NCBI GenBank assembly: GCA_002794465.1
Contig: MTSL01000205.1
Coordinates: 123,753-155,752, forward strand
Direction: 5' to 3'
From: Paramicrosporidium saccamoebae KSL3
Taxonomy: Eukaryota > Fungi > Cryptomycota
DNA length: 32,000 bases
Below the pieces are notes generated by a model. That model saw nothing but the letters and a program-made list of their open reading frames with translations, was not told where the DNA came from and made no database searches. This document shows, one piece after another, positions 31,373 to 32,000 of this stretch (its first letter is position 1; every line of letters begins with the position of its first letter). A program made the position numbers and the translations under genes.

Positions 31373-32000
31373 TTAATTCAGTTTATTAACTAGACTACAG
31401 CCGACGGGTAGTTCTCTAATCGCCCGGTCGTATAGCAGGGCAGCTTCTGAGAAACGTTTCTGAGAGCGTTCGAAACGAATAAAGTCTGCCCATAGACTCT
31501 CGTCTTTCTTATCCAGCATGAGAGCGGCATTAAAGAGCTTGCGGACCTGTAGTTCATCAACAGTGCCGCAAAGCTCCATTAGTATCCAGTCCCGATAAAA
31601 CTTTGCATTAACAGTACGTTTAGCGGAGAGCGCAATACAAAGGGATCGAGCATCTGACAAACCATATAGTTTGCGAAACTGACAGAGTATTTCCTGGAAA
31701 CTTTCTGCAATGACATGCCTCGAACCACCAAGCGCCTTAAGAAGGAATTTCAGAGATTGCTTCGCCGTGATTCCCTTTGATACAAGGATCCATTTAGAAC
31801 ACAGATGTGACAGCAATTCATCGCGACGAGACTCTTCTGAAACCTTTGAAATGTTTAGTAGGATATTCTTCAAGTGTTCATAGTTAGAGCAGTGATCAAT
31901 GCTAGAACGGATGGTGGCTACAGTGACATCAGCAGATGCGGGATCCATCGTTCTCATCCGGTGTAAGACGCCCTCTCTTGATTCTGAAGTATAGCCCAGT
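31373..32000 (-). CDS. HAT-repeat protein C-terminus, Utp6-like (5' partial)
   Basis: The frame stays open to the window edge. RKLFNAALML..DESLWADFIRFE....EAALLYDRAIREL is a terminal HAT repeat like that of Utp6; family assignment is tentative. Confidence 0.55.
   Translation of the reverse strand, partial: LGYTSESREGVLHRMRTMDPASADVTVATIRSSIDHCSNYEHLKNILLNISKVSEESRRDELLSHLCSKWILVSKGITAKQSLKFLLKALGGSRHVIAESFQEILCQFRKLYGLSDARSLCIALSAKRTVNAKFYRDWILMELCGTVDELQVRKLFNAALMLDKKDESLWADFIRFERSQKRFSEAALLYDRAIRELPVGCSLVNKLN

Noticed and set aside
1-32000. Transposons, CRISPR arrays, rRNA or tRNA genes, prokaryotic defence systems
   Set aside because: No transposase or RT motifs, spaced direct repeats, rRNA-length matches or tRNA cloverleafs were seen, and the sequence is eukaryotic.

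Overview
Gene-dense eukaryotic (fungal-type) genomic DNA with about 22 protein-coding genes in 32 kb and very short GT-AG spliceosomal introns (almost all 29-39 nt). It retains mitochondrial genes (Fzo1, Isa1). This architecture resembles a compact early-diverging fungus such as the Rozellomycota or short-branch microsporidian relatives; that is inference only. The genes are mostly housekeeping: an L-type lectin, Scc2/NIPBL, GMD, Nuf2, Fzo1, Yos9, Bro1, Sec11, Vma13, Lsg1, a TMEM245-like protein, the Rfc5/RFC3 clamp-loader subunit, glyoxalase II, PIG-P, an RRM protein, actin, Isa1 and a Utp6-like protein, plus two orphan secreted-type proteins. Several signals are invisible to the ORF track. 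(1) An apparently non-coding two-intron host transcript (about 6080-6470) carries a snR67/U31-type C/D snoRNA and a U14 snoRNA, one per enlarged intron. (2) A structured RNA of about 350 nt with RNase P-like signatures lies at 28125-28482. (3) The RFC subunit gene needs a non-canonical GA-AG intron. (4) An orphan secreted protein has exact 11-residue YG periodicity. (5) An RRM gene has an anomalous 104-nt intron. All gene models and RNA folds were made by eye and need RNA-seq or Infernal confirmation.
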